This document shows positions 39,352 through 54,318 of a DNA stretch of 64,000 nt, one piece after another. This DNA is from Octopus sinensis. Taxonomy: Eukaryota. The position numbers and the translations under genes were made by a program. A model generated the notes under the pieces. The model was not told the DNA's origin. It was given only the letters and a program-made list of their open reading frames with translations, and made no database searches. Within the stretch, counting starts at the first letter, position 1. Every line of letters begins with the position of its first letter. The stretch covers positions 42,718,001 through 42,782,000 of the forward strand of contig NC_043009.1 of assembly GCF_006345805.1 (NCBI RefSeq), read 5' to 3'.

Positions 39352-39698
39352 TGTATGTATGTATGTGTATATATTGCTCTAATAAAAGAATTGTGATGAG
39401 CCATAACCTTGAACCCTGCCATAAGAATACTTGAAGTTCTTCTCTCTCTCTCGCTCTCTTTCTATCTCTCTCACTCTTTCTCTCTCTCTCTCTATCTATC
39501 TATCCCTCTCTCTCTCTCTGCCTCCTCTCTTTGTCCTTTCTCTGATAATGTGTGCGCGCATTTTCTATAGGCGTATGTGGAGGGGGACGTGTTAGTAATA
39601 AGGTGATCTTGTTTTCCAGCCGCTCTTTCTATGTCTCTCAATCTGGTTGTGCATATTTCTGCATGCATGCGTGTGAGAGCGTATGTGTTTGCTTCCAG

Positions 39699-39751
39699 TG
39701 CTAAAAAGAACTATAACCAAAAGACCATCACCAAAACAGTTTCACTGACAG
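39699..39751 (+). CDS. Candidate 53-nt exon (x)AKKNYNQKTITKTVSLT(V/G)
   Basis: Acceptor gtttgcttccag|, consensus donor cag|gtaagc, single open frame (phase 2 in, phase 1 out); could also be non-coding. Confidence 0.45.
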
Positions 39752-40026
39752 GTAAGCCGTGCCAAATCGCCAGCAACTAAACAGCTACGCCCAATCGCCC
39801 CGTTCCGCAGTAAAATATAGATCGATACAATAAGTATCAGGGTCAGTATGATCGGCTTTCATTTCTGGAAAGAGGTGCCCGAGAATAACTACATTCCAGA
39901 GAATGAAACTTACAAAAAAAAAACATAAATATAACGTACCAACAACAAACTACACAAGAAAAATACAACAATAACGAAACATGACCATTAAAATATCTGT
40001 GACGTTAATGACAACAACAACGCCTG

Positions 40027-40560
40027 TGGGGGTGCAATGGCCCAGTGGGTAAGGTAGCGGACTCGCGATCGAAAGAACGCGGTTTCGATTCCCAGACCGG
40101 GCATTGTGAGTGTTTATTGAGTAAAAACACCTAAGCTTCACGAGGCTCCGGCAGTGGCGGGGGGTGAAACTCGCTGTACTCTTTCCCCACAACTTTCTTT
40201 CACTCTTTCTTCCTACTTCTGCCACAAAGCAGAGGAACCATGGTGTAACCCACTACGGTGTGGTAAACTTTCAGACCCTAGTCTAGATTGCGAATCCTCT
40301 GTACCCCAGGATGGTTCAGCTCTCAAACCCGTTAAAAGTCACCGTTTACGGAATGAGGATAACAACGTAGCTTTCGCGCCCGTACAACCGCCAGTCTATC
40401 GTGTGTGGTGGGTGGATTTTCAAGTTGCCACACGCACTCTTAGTAGCTTAGAGTAGGCTCGAATTAGAGATTATTCTTTGTGACTCATGGCGTGAGTCCT
40501 AATTGGAAGAAGAAGAAGAAGAAGAAGAAGAAGAAGAAGAAGAAGAAGAAGAAGAAGAAG
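40027..40560 (+). mobile_element. SINE-C head/body with tail type 3 ending in (GAA)n
   Basis: gcaatggcccagtgggtaagg head, ggtttcgattcccagaccggg; 3' end shared with 1-125. Confidence 0.8.
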
Positions 40561-40912
40561 ACGTCGACGACGACAACGACGCCTATAATAACACCAGCAA
40601 TGTGAATTCAAATAATAAACGCATACGTCATAAGATCAATAATAATTACAAAACCTTCAGCACCATAACAAAACAATAGTAAAACAATGACAACAGCCAC
40701 AACAACAATAATAACAATGGTATAGCAAGCAACAATGGGACAACAATAACTGCTAGTAATGCTGATACTGTTACTAAACAACAAAGCTGTATATGAAAAG
40801 TGCAAGGGAAACGGATGGTGGAATACTTAGAGATGAGAGATGCTAGGGAAAGAGAGAGAAAGTGTGGTGCATGTGAAGAGACAGAGATAGATAGATATAT
40901 AGACAGACAGAC

Positions 40913-41004
<92 letters not shown>

Positions 41005-41260
41005 GGATAGATGGATGGATGGATGGATGGATGGAGAGAGAGAGACAGACAGACAGATAGATAGATAGATAGATAGATGGATAGATAGATGGATAGATAG
41101 ATAGATTGATAAATAGATAGATATAGAGAGAATGTGTATGTATGTGAGTGAGAGAGAAGAAGAGGGGAGAAAGAGATTAAAATGAGTTACATAACATAAG
41201 CGATACGTAATTTTGTGCGCAAAAATTTGTGTGTATGTTTATTTATATACACACACGAAT

Positions 41261-41293
<33 letters not shown>

Positions 41294-41508
41294 TATGTGT
41301 GTGTGTGCATTTATATATACGTAGATATGTGTACATATATTCATATACATACGCATATATATCTACGCGTAAAGAGAGTTAGGCACACGCATATATATAT
41401 ATATATATAAGCATATTCAAATATACAGACATGTGCACACATAAACATTCAAACTTCAATATACACATACATATACACATGCATACAAATAGGAAATGTT
41501 TTTCTAAG

Positions 41509-41552
41509 TTATCCGAAATAAGTGCCTGAAGTGTGAGAGATGTGGAAAAGCA
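41509..41552 (+). CDS. Candidate 44-nt exon (V)IRNKCLKCERCGKA
   Basis: Acceptor tgtttttctaag|, donor gca|gtgagt, phase 1 in matches 39699-39751. Confidence 0.35.
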
Positions 41553-41639
41553 GTGAGTTGAGCATCTATCAGTGACCAAACAGATAAACTAACAAAAGAC
41601 GGAACAACAACAACAACAACAACAACAGCAGCAGCAGCA

Positions 41640-42300
<661 letters not shown>

Positions 42301-42469
42301 TAAACAGTGCGGCTAGTAGGGTAGTTGTGTGTGTGATAAGAAGTAGAAAAGCTGGTGTTAAGATAAGTTTAACAAAGAACTGATAAGACAGAGTCTGTGT
42401 GGTGTACTGCTTTGGAAAAATATTACATATATGACTGCACACGTACACACACACATACATATACACATG

Positions 42470-42529
<60 letters not shown>

Positions 42530-42680
42530 CGCACGCAAGCATACACACGTATTTATCTCGCTTTTTTTCTTGCTCGATCTGCCCTCTCTATCTCTGTCTC
42601 TCATATTCTGTATATACGTGTATGCCTATGTATATACGTATGTACACGCGTATTATATTATGTACATGTGCATACACACG

Positions 42681-42717
<37 letters not shown>

Positions 42718-43149
42718 GCTTACATATATATGTATATATCATATATTACATGTATATATATGTGCATACATATATACGTATATATTATACATTACACACA
42801 CACGTATACACACATACATATATATGCCTACATATATGTGTATATATTATATATCACATATTATATATACACTTATATGTTTTATACACACACATATATG
42901 TGCATACATAAATAAATATAGCCCCATGTGTGTGAGTGTATATCTGTGTGTATGTAAATCTATAAGTATATATACACACATACACACATACCTGCACAAT
43001 GAGAGGGAGATTAGATAAATAAACAGATACAGTTATCAATGTCTACACACATACACTTCATACACTTATTCGTGTGTGTATGTTATGTATATGAGTGTAT
43101 GTTCATGTGTGTGTGCGTGTGTGTGTGCGTATGTTTGTGTTTAACAACC

Positions 43150-44200
43150 ATCAAATCTGCTGCATTGTCCTTCAAACGTGTTTTGCTTTCTAGCGCCACT
43201 CCATCCACTACTTGGCCTTCTCTAGGCCGTCAACGTATTGGCGATGTCGATCTATCACAAGTCTTCTCCCAGTCGTACATTTAATCGTTTCTGTAACCGT
43301 CCACTTTGTGGCTAGCTATTCTGATCTTTAAGGTTTCTTCGGCTACTGAATTCTCATCACTGTTCGCCATATACCTTTACAAGTGAGGGCAATTCTCCTA
43401 GATCCTTTCAGAGAAGCACGTTAGTCCTATCTATAACCCTACGTCTTCGCTTCACGGTATGACCTAACATAATCAGCTTCAGTGTTTAACGCAACAAACA
43501 GCACTCCAATGATATGCGTTGTCTGCTCACGTTTCACTTGTACCAGCCGACACTCACATTCGTTAATAGCTATTGTATGCTGTACCCTCTTATAGAACTT
43601 CACCTGTAAATTTCAAAAAAGAAATGCATCATCCAATCTCATAAAACTCCAGAGATGTCTCAGTCTCACCCACAACTATGCTGAATTAATACATTCTTGA
43701 ACATTTGTGAGGATATCCTCTTCAAATCATATAATGAAGAACAGGCGCATGTACTGGGCGATTTTAGTCAGGCTCTGACCATTGTCATTGATATTGTTGT
43801 CCAAGAGCCATATTCCATATTTTCTTTCCGCTGCTTCTATGGATTCCCGTGACTCTCTGTTGCCATCCGATTCCATTATGAATTTGAATTGGGAGCTTGA
43901 GTCATAGTGACTCCTTCGTTAGCTGATTACGCAACCATGGACGCCACCCTTACGGATATGTTGCAGTTACTCTCTTGACAGAGCTTCGGGGTCCTGACCA
44001 TTGCTCTTCTAGGATTCCTCTGCTCAGTATCAATGTTAGAAGCGCCATTGGCCCAGTCGATTTCTTCCGCTACGTCTTTACAATCCGCAATGTTGCAATC
44101 CTATGACTTCGCTGGATCCCAGGCAGGATGGGTGAACGGGTGCTATACCTTGCCAAAAAGCTGCCCTTAACTATGCAGGGCACGGTCGTCACTCTGTGAG
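43150..44200 (-). mobile_element. Highly degenerate RTE-clade LINE relic
   Basis: Fragments resembling RTE AP-endonuclease (GK..G...NDNGQSL..IAQ near 43760-43830) and C-terminal region (LEC.CLLR.TLK, HKVDGYR); many stops. Confidence 0.5.
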
Positions 44201-44520
44201 GCATTTTCAAATTACCCGCATACCCAGACACTCCATATACTCAACCATCAAAATGTTCGCCTCCATTCCATTCTCGCTGGATTATATTATTCATTGTTGT
44301 ACCTGAAGTTCTAGATTTTGGCAGTCTGACGTGCAGAGGAAAACATCATCAACATACAGGAGAGTCCATGGGTGGAATGCTTGGTTATCAGCGATGGTTA
44401 CCACGTACATGGACAGAATGAGCAACAGTGATTACAAGGTAGATCCCTGATAATTGAATTGTATGAACTAAAAGTCGGAGGGAGATGGGATAAACTACCT
44501 GCATCAACTTGCTATAAGAG

Positions 44521-45327
44521 CAGGTAGTAATTTTACATTGTACTTATTCTTAAAGCATGTTTTGAAGAGAGCAGTTCGATTTTGATGGATGTGTTTTGAA
44601 TACTATATTGGAAGGGACAAAGGTGCAAATTCGGCATATTTTGCTTCATGAGTTCAATAAAGGCAATAACGCAACGGAAAGTGCGAGGAATATTAATGCA
44701 GTATATGAGGATCGGACAGTAAGTGTAAGCCAGTGTCAACGGTGGTTCCAGAAATTCCGAGCCGGAAACTATAGCCTAGAAGACGTGCGTCATCCTGGAA
44801 GATCTGTAGAGCTCGACGAGGACAAAATCTCATCGTAACTGTTGAGAAACTAGCAGAGAAGCTTGGATTTGGTCATTCAACCAGTCATTCGAGTCAGCGC
44901 TAGAAGAAAAACGACCATCCTTGGTTTCAAGTTGAAAGGTGTTCTTCCATCAGGATAATGCTCGGCCACATACAGTGAGGATAACATTCCAAAGGCTGGA
45001 GCAGTTTGAATGGAAAACGATGCTCCACCTACAATATACGCCGGACATTGCCCCTTCTGATTATTACTTATCCCGCAATCTTCAAAATCATTTTGATGGA
45101 AAAAATATGAATTGTGTAGACGAGGTCAGAACAGTGCTGGTGGAGCATTTTTCCTCACGGACAAGTGAATTTTGGGAGAGGGGCCTTGCAAGTCTATCAG
45201 ATAGATGGAAGGACATTGTAGGAAATGAAGGAGAGTATGTTTTAGATTAAAAACGAATTTTGTTTATCTTAATTTTGAAAAATAATTGAAGTATATAAAA
45301 ACCGCATTGTATATGGTATTATCCAAT
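44521..45327 (+). mobile_element. Internally deleted mariner (ORF relics 44596-44838 and 44939-45250)
   Basis: RHILLHEFNKG..QRWFQKFRAG; FHQDNARPH..YTPDIAPSDYYL..EYVLD*; right TIR aaaaccgcattgtatatggtattatccaa then TA; left TIR not found. Confidence 0.85.
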
Positions 45328-45399
45328 ATATATATATATATGTGTGTGTGTGTCTGTGTCTGTATATCTCTCTATATATATGTACATACATATATATAG

Positions 45400-45599
45400 T
45401 TAATCCAAACAAGAAAGCACAAAAAAACACAACAACGCGAGGACGTGGAACAAATATAGTATTATTGGATGCTCAGGAAAGTAGGAAAGAAGGAGGGTTT
45501 AACGTTTCGAGCGGAGCTCTTCGTCGGAAACATAGGAGAAGGAAAGATCCAGAGAAGGGAAGACAGAGGGAAAAAAATCGCCAACGGAACGCACGCGGT

Positions 45600-45605
<6 letters not shown>
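45400..45605 (-). mobile_element. Penelope pLTR-like short repeat with hammerhead-like motif
   Basis: Minus: ccgacgaagagctccgctcgaaacgtt (gagc/gctc stem, GAAACG). Confidence 0.5.
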
Positions 45606-45638
<33 letters not shown>

Positions 45639-45816
45639 ATACTGGGAGAAAGGAAAGAAACGAAACGAAACGACGCGAGGGCGCTCATATATATATGATT
45701 TAAAATTCTCAAACGCAGAATACTGCTAATAGTATAGCCTGAACAGAATAAACTACCCCTATTTTGCAGAAAAAGTGTTGGCGGCCAGCTTCAGATGTTT
45801 ATATATATATATATGA

Positions 45817-45851
<35 letters not shown>

Positions 45852-46761
45852 TGTGTGGTGTGTGTGTGTGTGTGTGTGTACGTATATTATGTATGTGTAT
45901 ATAAACTATAAACACAAAAGCATATTTAACTGTATATAATAGCATACATATGTGCGTGTGTGTGTGTTTGTGTGTGTGTTTGTGTGTGTGTGTGTTGTGT
46001 GTGTGTGTGTGTGTGTGAGTGTACTTTGTAACATTTTTTATAGGCAGAACGTTATAAAAGTGATTCAACTAAATAATATATGGAGTAAAACAAGCGAAAT
46101 GCGTCATAAAAAAAAAAGCGTAGAAATATAAAGCAAAAACAGCAAAACAAAAATGGAAGAAGATTACAATGAAAATGATTACGCCAATGGCAGAAACAAA
46201 AGAGACTCTAACGTTTCGGCTGATAACATTTACGAAAAAGAATATAAAGAAATAAGAGTGCAAGAGCAAAGTATATATATATATATATATATATATACAA
46301 TACAGAATATATAACTGCATGTTTACATGGCAGTCCTAGTGTAAAAAATGTAAATACATATGTGTGTGTGTTTGCTTGCTGTGTGTATGGATTTGTGATT
46401 ATGTATAAGCTGCTATATGTATGCATATGTTTATGTATGTGAATGCAATTAGCGTCTTGACTTTTGAGAATAATAGAATAACGTATTCCACTTAAGTAGC
46501 TTCAATTAGTTGTTGCTTATTATTATTATGATTAACATTTAAACATTCATTCATTCATTTATACATTTATTATTAATATTATTGTTGTTGTTAATAATAT
46601 TATTATTATTATCAGAAGTAGTAGTAGCAACAGTAATAGTATTAGCATTATTAGCACTAATATTTTTATTCTATTGTGATTTTTGTTAGATACTCTTTGT
46701 TATTCATTATTGATGTAATTATTCTTATTATCATTTATCATTATTATTATTATTATTATTA

Positions 46762-46815
<54 letters not shown>

Positions 46816-47594
46816 GTATCATTGTTACTGTTTGATGCCTGCTTTTGTTTCACGTATATATTTATTTATTCATTTTATCAACTTCCACTTGCATTTTTCA
46901 ATAGATCAATTAACACTAAATAGTTTTGTATTGTTTCTCGCAGACAAAATACAATATAAAGACAATCTCAAAGCTAATTGTTTGTAATTACAAATTTCTT
47001 TCCTGTAATCTGTTTCCATTTATTTCAAACATATAATTATTACCATATCTTTCCTTTTCTTTTTGTTCTTTGGTTCTTTGTTCATCAAAGAAAGGGGGGA
47101 AAATTGCATTCTTAAAGTGGCACTAAAGTGATGTTCTTAAAGAGATATTCTTCATAGTACATTCTTAAAGCGACACAAGGAATCAAGGAATATAACAATA
47201 TTTTAGAATCTGGAAAGATTCCACTCAGCCTGGATTATACATCAATTACTATTTTCTATTGACATTAGGATACGAAAAATTACATATACATACATACATA
47301 CATACATACATACATACAGAGATGCACGCCTGCATGCATACATACGCATACATACACATACATATATACATACATGAATACATACAGACATACATACGTA
47401 CATAGATGCATACATCCATGCATGCATGCATACATACATACGCATATATATATATATAATCACATATACATACATACATACATACATGCACGCATGCATG
47501 CATACACACACATACATACACATACATATATACATACATGAATACATACAGACATACATACGTACATACATGCATGCATGCATGCATACATACG

Positions 47595-47629
<35 letters not shown>

Positions 47630-48042
47630 GAATGTGTACTCACGGACAAACATACCCACACACATTCTTTTTCTCTCTCCCTCTTCACACATACATTATA
47701 ACCCACATTCATACAACCACATAAATATAGAACCAAAAATCTAAGAGACAGACCTGCTTGAAGTTAACCTGGACTATTGAGAGTATTATAATGAAGATAT
47801 CACGAACGGCGAGAAAAGAAATAAAACAAACATAACTCATTGCTTTATTAATCGAATGACTAGGCAGACAGTCGATCTATTAATTGTTTAAAAAGTTAAC
47901 TAAGGGACGAATAATAGAGAAGTGAAATAGAATCAGTGTGTGTATACTATGAGCATAATGACCCTACCCTCCAAGATAAAACAAAAAATGTTGTACATTA
48001 TTTACACTATTTACATTTGATGGATATTTGTCCTCATCTTGT

Positions 48043-48346
48043 TTGTTGCTAACACAACGTTTCGGCTGATATACCCTCCAGCCTTCATTTCGAACCTGGT
48101 TTCTCATTCCTAAGGTATTTTTCGATGTTGTTGTTATTATTATTATTATTATTTTTATTATTATTATTTGTTATTATTATTATTATCATTACTATTATTA
48201 ATTCAAGTCACTGCATGGAATCGAACTCGGGGTTAGTAGCCCGCGTTCTTAACCACTACACCATATGCTCATACCTTAGGAATGAGAACCCAGGTTCGAA
48301 ATGAAGGCTGGAGGGTATATCAGCCGAAACGTTGTGTTAACAACAA
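48043..48346. mobile_element. 76-bp inverted repeat of Penelope hammerhead-like sequence enclosing a short tRNA-like SINE
   Basis: Arms 48043-48118 and 48271-48346 (tgaaggctg..cagccgaaacgtt); spacer holds (ATT)n and a minus-strand gcatatggtgtagtggttaag..gagttcgattcc head. Confidence 0.75.
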
Positions 48347-48880
48347 AGATCCGTCAAACGTAAATAATGTAAATAATGTACATAATTCCTCATCTCTTAA
48401 ATATAGAATTAAAAAATTGTTATGTTTTATTAAAAATGACATGGTTACGGCGTTCGGATTTCAATCCGGTTTAATGTATCAAGGGATGAGCTGGAAGAAT
48501 TGTTAGCACGCCTGGCGAAATGTGTCGCTGTATTTCGTCCGCCCTCGCGTTCTGAGTTCAAATTCCAGCGAGGCTGATTTTGTCTTTCATCTTTTCGGGG
48601 TCGATAAAATAAGTACCATCTGAACACTGGAGTTGATGTAATCCACTTAACCACTCCTGAGTAAAAGCATAAAAGCTGCACCTGTCTACCAAGACATGCC
48701 GAGCCAGTGTGGAAAAGTAGACTCGTCAAACCAGTGTAATCTAAAGTTCAAAATCCCGAACTACACTTCAGACCGTGAATGACGGAGAGAACAAGCTGAG
48801 GCCTTCACGCTGCAATTGACAGAACATAAGCAAGACAATTCAATGTATCAGAATAGCTCTGGAAATTCTTATAAGCCAAA

Positions 48881-49725
48881 GGTGCAGGCGTAGCTGTGTG
48901 GCAAGAAATTGCTTTAAGGCGGCGAGCTGGCAGAAACGTTAGCACGCCGGGCGAAATGCTTAGCAGTATTTCATCTGCCGCTACGTTCTGAGTTCAAATT
49001 CCGCCGAGGTTGACTTTGCCTTTCCTCCTTTCGGGGTCGATTAAATAAGTACCAGTTACACACTGGGGTCGATATAATCGACTTAATCCGTTTGTCTGTC
49101 CTTGTTTGTCCTCTCTGTGTTTAGCCCCTTGTGGGTAGTAAAGAAATAGGTATTTCGTCTGCCGTTACGTTCTGAGTTCAAATTCCACCGAGGTCGACTT
49201 TGCCTTTCATCCTTTCGGGGTCGATTAAATAAGTACCAGTTACGCACGGGGGTCGATGTAATCGACTTAATCCCGTTGTCTGTCCTTGTTTGTCTCCTAT
49301 ATGTTTAGCCCCTTATGGGCAATAAAGAAATAAGAAGTTGCTTCCCAACCACATGGTTCCAGGTTCAGTCCCACTGCGTGGCGGCTTGGACAAGTGTCTT
49401 CTTCTATAGCTTCAGGCTGACCAAAGTTTGTGAGTGGATTTGGTAAACGGAAACTGAAGGAAACCCGTCGTATATATATATGTGTGTGTGCACGAGGTTG
49501 GGGGGGGTACGTGTGTGTGTCTTTGTGTCTGTGTTTGTCCCTCCACCACCGCTTGACAACCAATGTTGGTGGGTTCACGTCTCCGTAACTTAGCGCTTCG
49601 GCAAAATACCGATAAAATAAGTTTCAAACTTTAAAAACATAAGTACTGAGGTCGATCCATTCGACTCAAAATTCTTCAAAGCAGTGCCCCAGCATTGCCA
49701 CAGTCTAATAACTGAAACAAGTAAA
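48881..49725 (+). mobile_element. SINE-B interrupted by a SINE-A dimer (48917-49331)
   Basis: Target duplication aagaaattgctt 48903-48914 / aagaagttgctt 49332-49343. Confidence 0.85.
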
Positions 49726-50401
49726 AAAGTAAATGAATAAACCAAAAAATAATAATAATAAATCCTCTCATATGATGAAACAGATTAAATTTTCACAAAT
49801 TCATTTAACTACTGGTGAATATTAATATCTCAGAAAATAACATGTCGAGACGGAGAAATTGTCGTTAGCTTACCATGGATGCTAACGTTTGCTACACACA
49901 TAAAATCTATGCAGCTGAATTTATGCATCACAAAGTTCTTAAGCGTCACGAAGTTCTTCAGTTCAGGATCCCTTTCACATAAGGTCAACAGCAAACGACT
50001 CCAAGACGTATGTCACAGCCTCACCAGTTTAGAATATCTTTCACAGATTCTGTGTTTCCTTGATGAGGAATATAAAGTTGATATAAAACCAATTGAAGTA
50101 TCAAATGTATGATAAATTCTCTCTCTCTCGATGATAATTATTTTTCTAATTTATCAGCAATAGGTAAGATAACGATATTATGCAACAGCAATGGAGGAAA
50201 TAATTCTTGAACCATTCCATTAAGTGTCTTAATAGAACACATCATTCTCAACAAAAGATGATTGAAGAATAGACAGGACTTTGGATATGGAATGGATTAT
50301 TGTTGAAAACTGTTAATCCTCATCACGTATTGGTGAAGATCTGTGGCAGTCAGAAGAATTGCGACTACGAAACATCACAAGTGTGAGTGAACAATAGACC
50401 A

Positions 50402-50484
<83 letters not shown>

Positions 50485-50821
50485 TATAGATAAAGATATA
50501 GATATACACACACACATATATGTACATATATATACATATATATACATATATGTATACATACACACACACACATAAATATATATATGTACAGAGAGCGAGA
50601 GAGAGAGAGTTATGTATGTATGTATGTATAGAGGTCGATTTTGTTACATCAAAAACCCTTCAGTCAGTGCCCCACTATGGCTGCAGTCAAATGACTGAAA
50701 CAAGTAAATAAAGTAATATATATATGTGTGTGTGTGTGTCTGTGTGTGTGTGTGTGTGTGTGCGTGTGTGCGTGTGTGTGTGCGCGCATGAATATATGTA
50801 TTTATATGCACAAATATATAT

Positions 50822-50995
50822 ACCTATTTCTTTACTACCCACAAGGGGCTAAACATAGAGAGGACAAACAAGGACAGACAAACGGATTAAGTCGATTATA
50901 TCAACCCCAGTGCGTAACTGGTACTTATTTAATCCACCCCGAAAGCATAAAAAGCAAAGTCGACCACGGCGGAATTTGAACTCAGAACGTAAACA
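50822..50995 (-). mobile_element. 5'-truncated SINE-A with Tx1-like tail
   Basis: Reverse match. Confidence 0.85.
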
Positions 50996-51021
50996 AATAT
51001 ATATATATATACGTATGTATG

Positions 51022-51078
<57 letters not shown>

Positions 51079-51325
51079 CATACATACGTATACACGCACA
51101 TATATATACATATACACACAACATACATGCACACAGATATATATGTATTTGTATCAACTGTATAGCTATTATATAAGTGACCACAATGGCCGAGACTTTT
51201 GTTCGTAGCAATGTGTGTATATGTTTATATGTGTGAGAGGGGGTAATCTGAGCATAATCCATTTAAGGACAAACTGTAAAAAAAAGACAGAATCTGGCAG
51301 GCAGAAAAGGAGACAGACAGACAGC

Positions 51326-51396
<71 letters not shown>

Positions 51397-51397
51397 G

Positions 51398-51452
<55 letters not shown>

Positions 51453-51482
51453 GTAGGTAGGTAGATAGATAGATAGATAGAT

Positions 51483-51545
<63 letters not shown>

Positions 51546-51546
51546 T

Positions 51547-52110
51547 GTTTCTTTATTAGCCACACAGGGCTGCACACAGATAGAACAAATTACAAGGTAG
51601 AGCTTTTCTTTTGAAGGTTTAAAAAAAAAAAAAGAGAAAGGGGGGAGTTTCGATCAAAAGGGATCGTAAAAGGAGAGAAAGAAAACAAAAAAAGGGGGGG
51701 GGAGAGGAAAAAAATGATCAATAGGGATCGTTATCACAGAAATGTCAATATGAAGTGTAAAGGGGAGGACAGATGAGGTTTACCCGTGGAAAGAAAAGCC
51801 TACGGAAAAGACCACAGTAACCTCGGTCAATGAAGTCACATTTTATATTTCTTTTTTTTTTTTTTTTTTTTGCAAATAAGCAACTCTCTGTTTTCAATTT
51901 CTGGGTTCAATTTCTGGGTTCATAGGATTATGCTACATTCACCCATCTTTTTTTAAAACATTCGCTAGACAAAACTTGCCTCTCTACTCTCACTTTCCTT
52001 TTCAAGTGGTACTTGAAGAAGTTGATGAGAGATTGACCAGAGAGGAAAGTGTTTGTCTCCAATCCTTTCAGACGCGTCCACCAGATACATTCTTTCGCCA
52101 TAGCCACAAG
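51547..52110 (-). mobile_element. 5'-truncated Tx1/L1-clade LINE inside a (GATA)n array
   Basis: 51928-52110 reads [60 protein letters not shown], matching the ORF2 C-terminal K..IW..R..F..RW pattern; pyrimidine-rich 3' UTR, aataaa; (GATA)n both sides. Confidence 0.8.
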
Positions 52111-52139
52111 ATAGATAGATAGATAGATAGATAGGTAGG

Positions 52140-52170
<31 letters not shown>

Positions 52171-52187
52171 GTAGGTAGGTAGATAGG

Positions 52188-52270
<83 letters not shown>

Positions 52271-52283
52271 GTAGGTAGATAGG

Positions 52284-52354
<71 letters not shown>

Positions 52355-52489
52355 GCAGTTTTCGGGAGATTTTTTTAGATAGAGTTTTCTGTTAAAGGGA
52401 TAAAAAAATGACAGTGTGAGATAGAATATGAAACAGAGAGAGAAAAAAAAAAGAGAAACAGAGAAAGAAAGACAGAGAAAGGGAAAGAA

Positions 52490-52526
<37 letters not shown>

Positions 52527-52702
52527 AGAGAACTACGATGATGGAAAAGAAAGAGAGTGAGGTGAGAGGAAGAACTGCAAAAGGGAAAGAAATCCATTAA
52601 AGTCTGCGCACAAAAACATGAGTGAAGTATTGTTTTGTTCGCCCTGCGTCATGAACGATTGCTCCAGATAGCTCTTACAGATATTTTCATTATTGTTATC
52701 CC

Positions 52703-52758
<56 letters not shown>

Positions 52759-52931
52759 GTTATTATTATTATTGGTGTTGTTGTTGTTATTGATGTTATT
52801 ATATTATGATCGTTGTTATCGTTATCGATATTGTTATTATTCAGATCAGGAACAATTACAATGATAACAATAAGGAAATATAGAAAAGAAAGAAGGAAAA
52901 AGTGACAATGGTGATAACGACAACAACAATA

Positions 52932-53008
<77 letters not shown>

Positions 53009-53201
53009 GATGCTGCAGCAGCAGCAGCAGCAGCAACAAGAACGCTTTTAGTAATAGCAATATCTCTTGTATGTGCCACAAGGGCAAGAAGAAGTAGTAA
53101 GCGTTTAATTACTTGTACAGAAAAGTGAGGAACACAGTGCAGAGAAGGTACAACCACGAAGACTTAAAGAGAGGTACACAGGCACACAGGACGCAAAGGA
53201 A

Positions 53202-53265
<64 letters not shown>

Positions 53266-53446
53266 GTTTCTTTATTGGCCACACAGGGCTGCACACAGAT
53301 GGGACAAGTTACAAGGTAGAGCTTTTCTTTTGGGGGATGAAAAAAACAAAAAACAAAAAACAAAAGAAACAAAGAAAAAAAGGTGGCGTAGGTTTTCGAT
53401 CAAAAGGGATCGTAAAAGGGAAAAAAAGAACAAAAAAAAGGAAAAA
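53266..53446 (-). mobile_element. Second, shorter 3' UTR copy of the same LINE, also flanked by (GATA)n
   Basis: tttctttattggccacacagggctgcacacagat..acaaggtagagcttttcttttg and tttcgatcaaaagggatcgtaaaagg shared with the 51547 copy. Confidence 0.8.
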
Positions 53447-53509
53447 TAGATAGATAGATAAAGACCAGAGAGAGTAAGGAACGAAAACTTCACTGTTTCC
53501 TTGCAGTAA

Positions 53510-53740
53510 TAATGGTTTCAAATTTTGGCTCATGGTCTGCAATTCCAAGAGGAGGAGGAAAGCCAATTATATTGACTCCAGTGCTCAACTGGTACTTATT
53601 TTATTTTATCGACCCCGAAAGGAATGAAAGGTAAAGTCTGAGTCCAAATTCAGCGGAATTTGAACCCAGAACGTATAGGTGAACGGAATGCTGCTAAGCA
53701 TTTTGCCCGGCGTGCTAACGATTCTGCCAGCTCGCTACCT
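53510..53740 (-). mobile_element. SINE-A
   Basis: Reverse match. Confidence 0.8.
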
Positions 53741-53756
53741 TCTCCCTTTATAGTAA

Positions 53757-54318
53757 ACTAGCAGTATGACCCGGCGTGGCATATTTGGTCTTTCAAGCAT
53801 ATTTGATCTTTCATGAAAATCCTGCTCTCTTGTCATTCACTTGGTCTAACTCGTTAATTATTCCCTGCATTTCACAAATCAAAAAAGCGTGCACGTTTGA
53901 AAGCCAAAACACATGGTAACACGTCTTCGCAAAATACAAAAATGCGCTGAGTCATACAGACTATCTGCAAATGCGCACGCGCATTCAACTGCCAAGGGTA
54001 AAATTATCTCCGTCCAATCAAAAAACAGCTGGCAGTCTATAGGTGTATCTAGCTGTACGCACGCACCGTGTACAAATTTCTGTTTTAACGATTTTGAATG
54101 GATATGCTGATAACTTATGGGCATAAGGGGTCGGTTTATCGATTTTTTAATGGCTTTCTGGGGTGACTGGGGAAAGGAAAAGATCTTCACGGTCACCCTC
54201 AGACAGTTTTGAAAGCCCATAGAAAATGTGAGCTTTTTACGTGAAAACTGTGGATTTGTATAAAGGACACACAGACACACAGATACACAGATATTTTGCT
54301 GTTTATAGATATATAGAT
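53757..54318 (+). mobile_element. Probable non-autonomous Helitron-like element (Lep1/HINE-type ends)
   Basis: 5' actagcagtatgacccggcgtggc; 3' (ACAG/ACAC)n then tttatagatatatagat; assignment from remembered end motifs only. Confidence 0.45.

Noticed and set aside
42320-42420. Minus-strand hydrophobic stretch resembling a TM/GPI tail
   Set aside because: Runs into (ATT)n; shows such tails arise by chance here, which also tempers the GPI reading at 32488-32677
49819-50112. 97-codon plus open frame (MLTFATHIK..EVSNV*)
   Set aside because: No recognisable family, weak acceptor, overlapping minus-strand splice signals; unresolved
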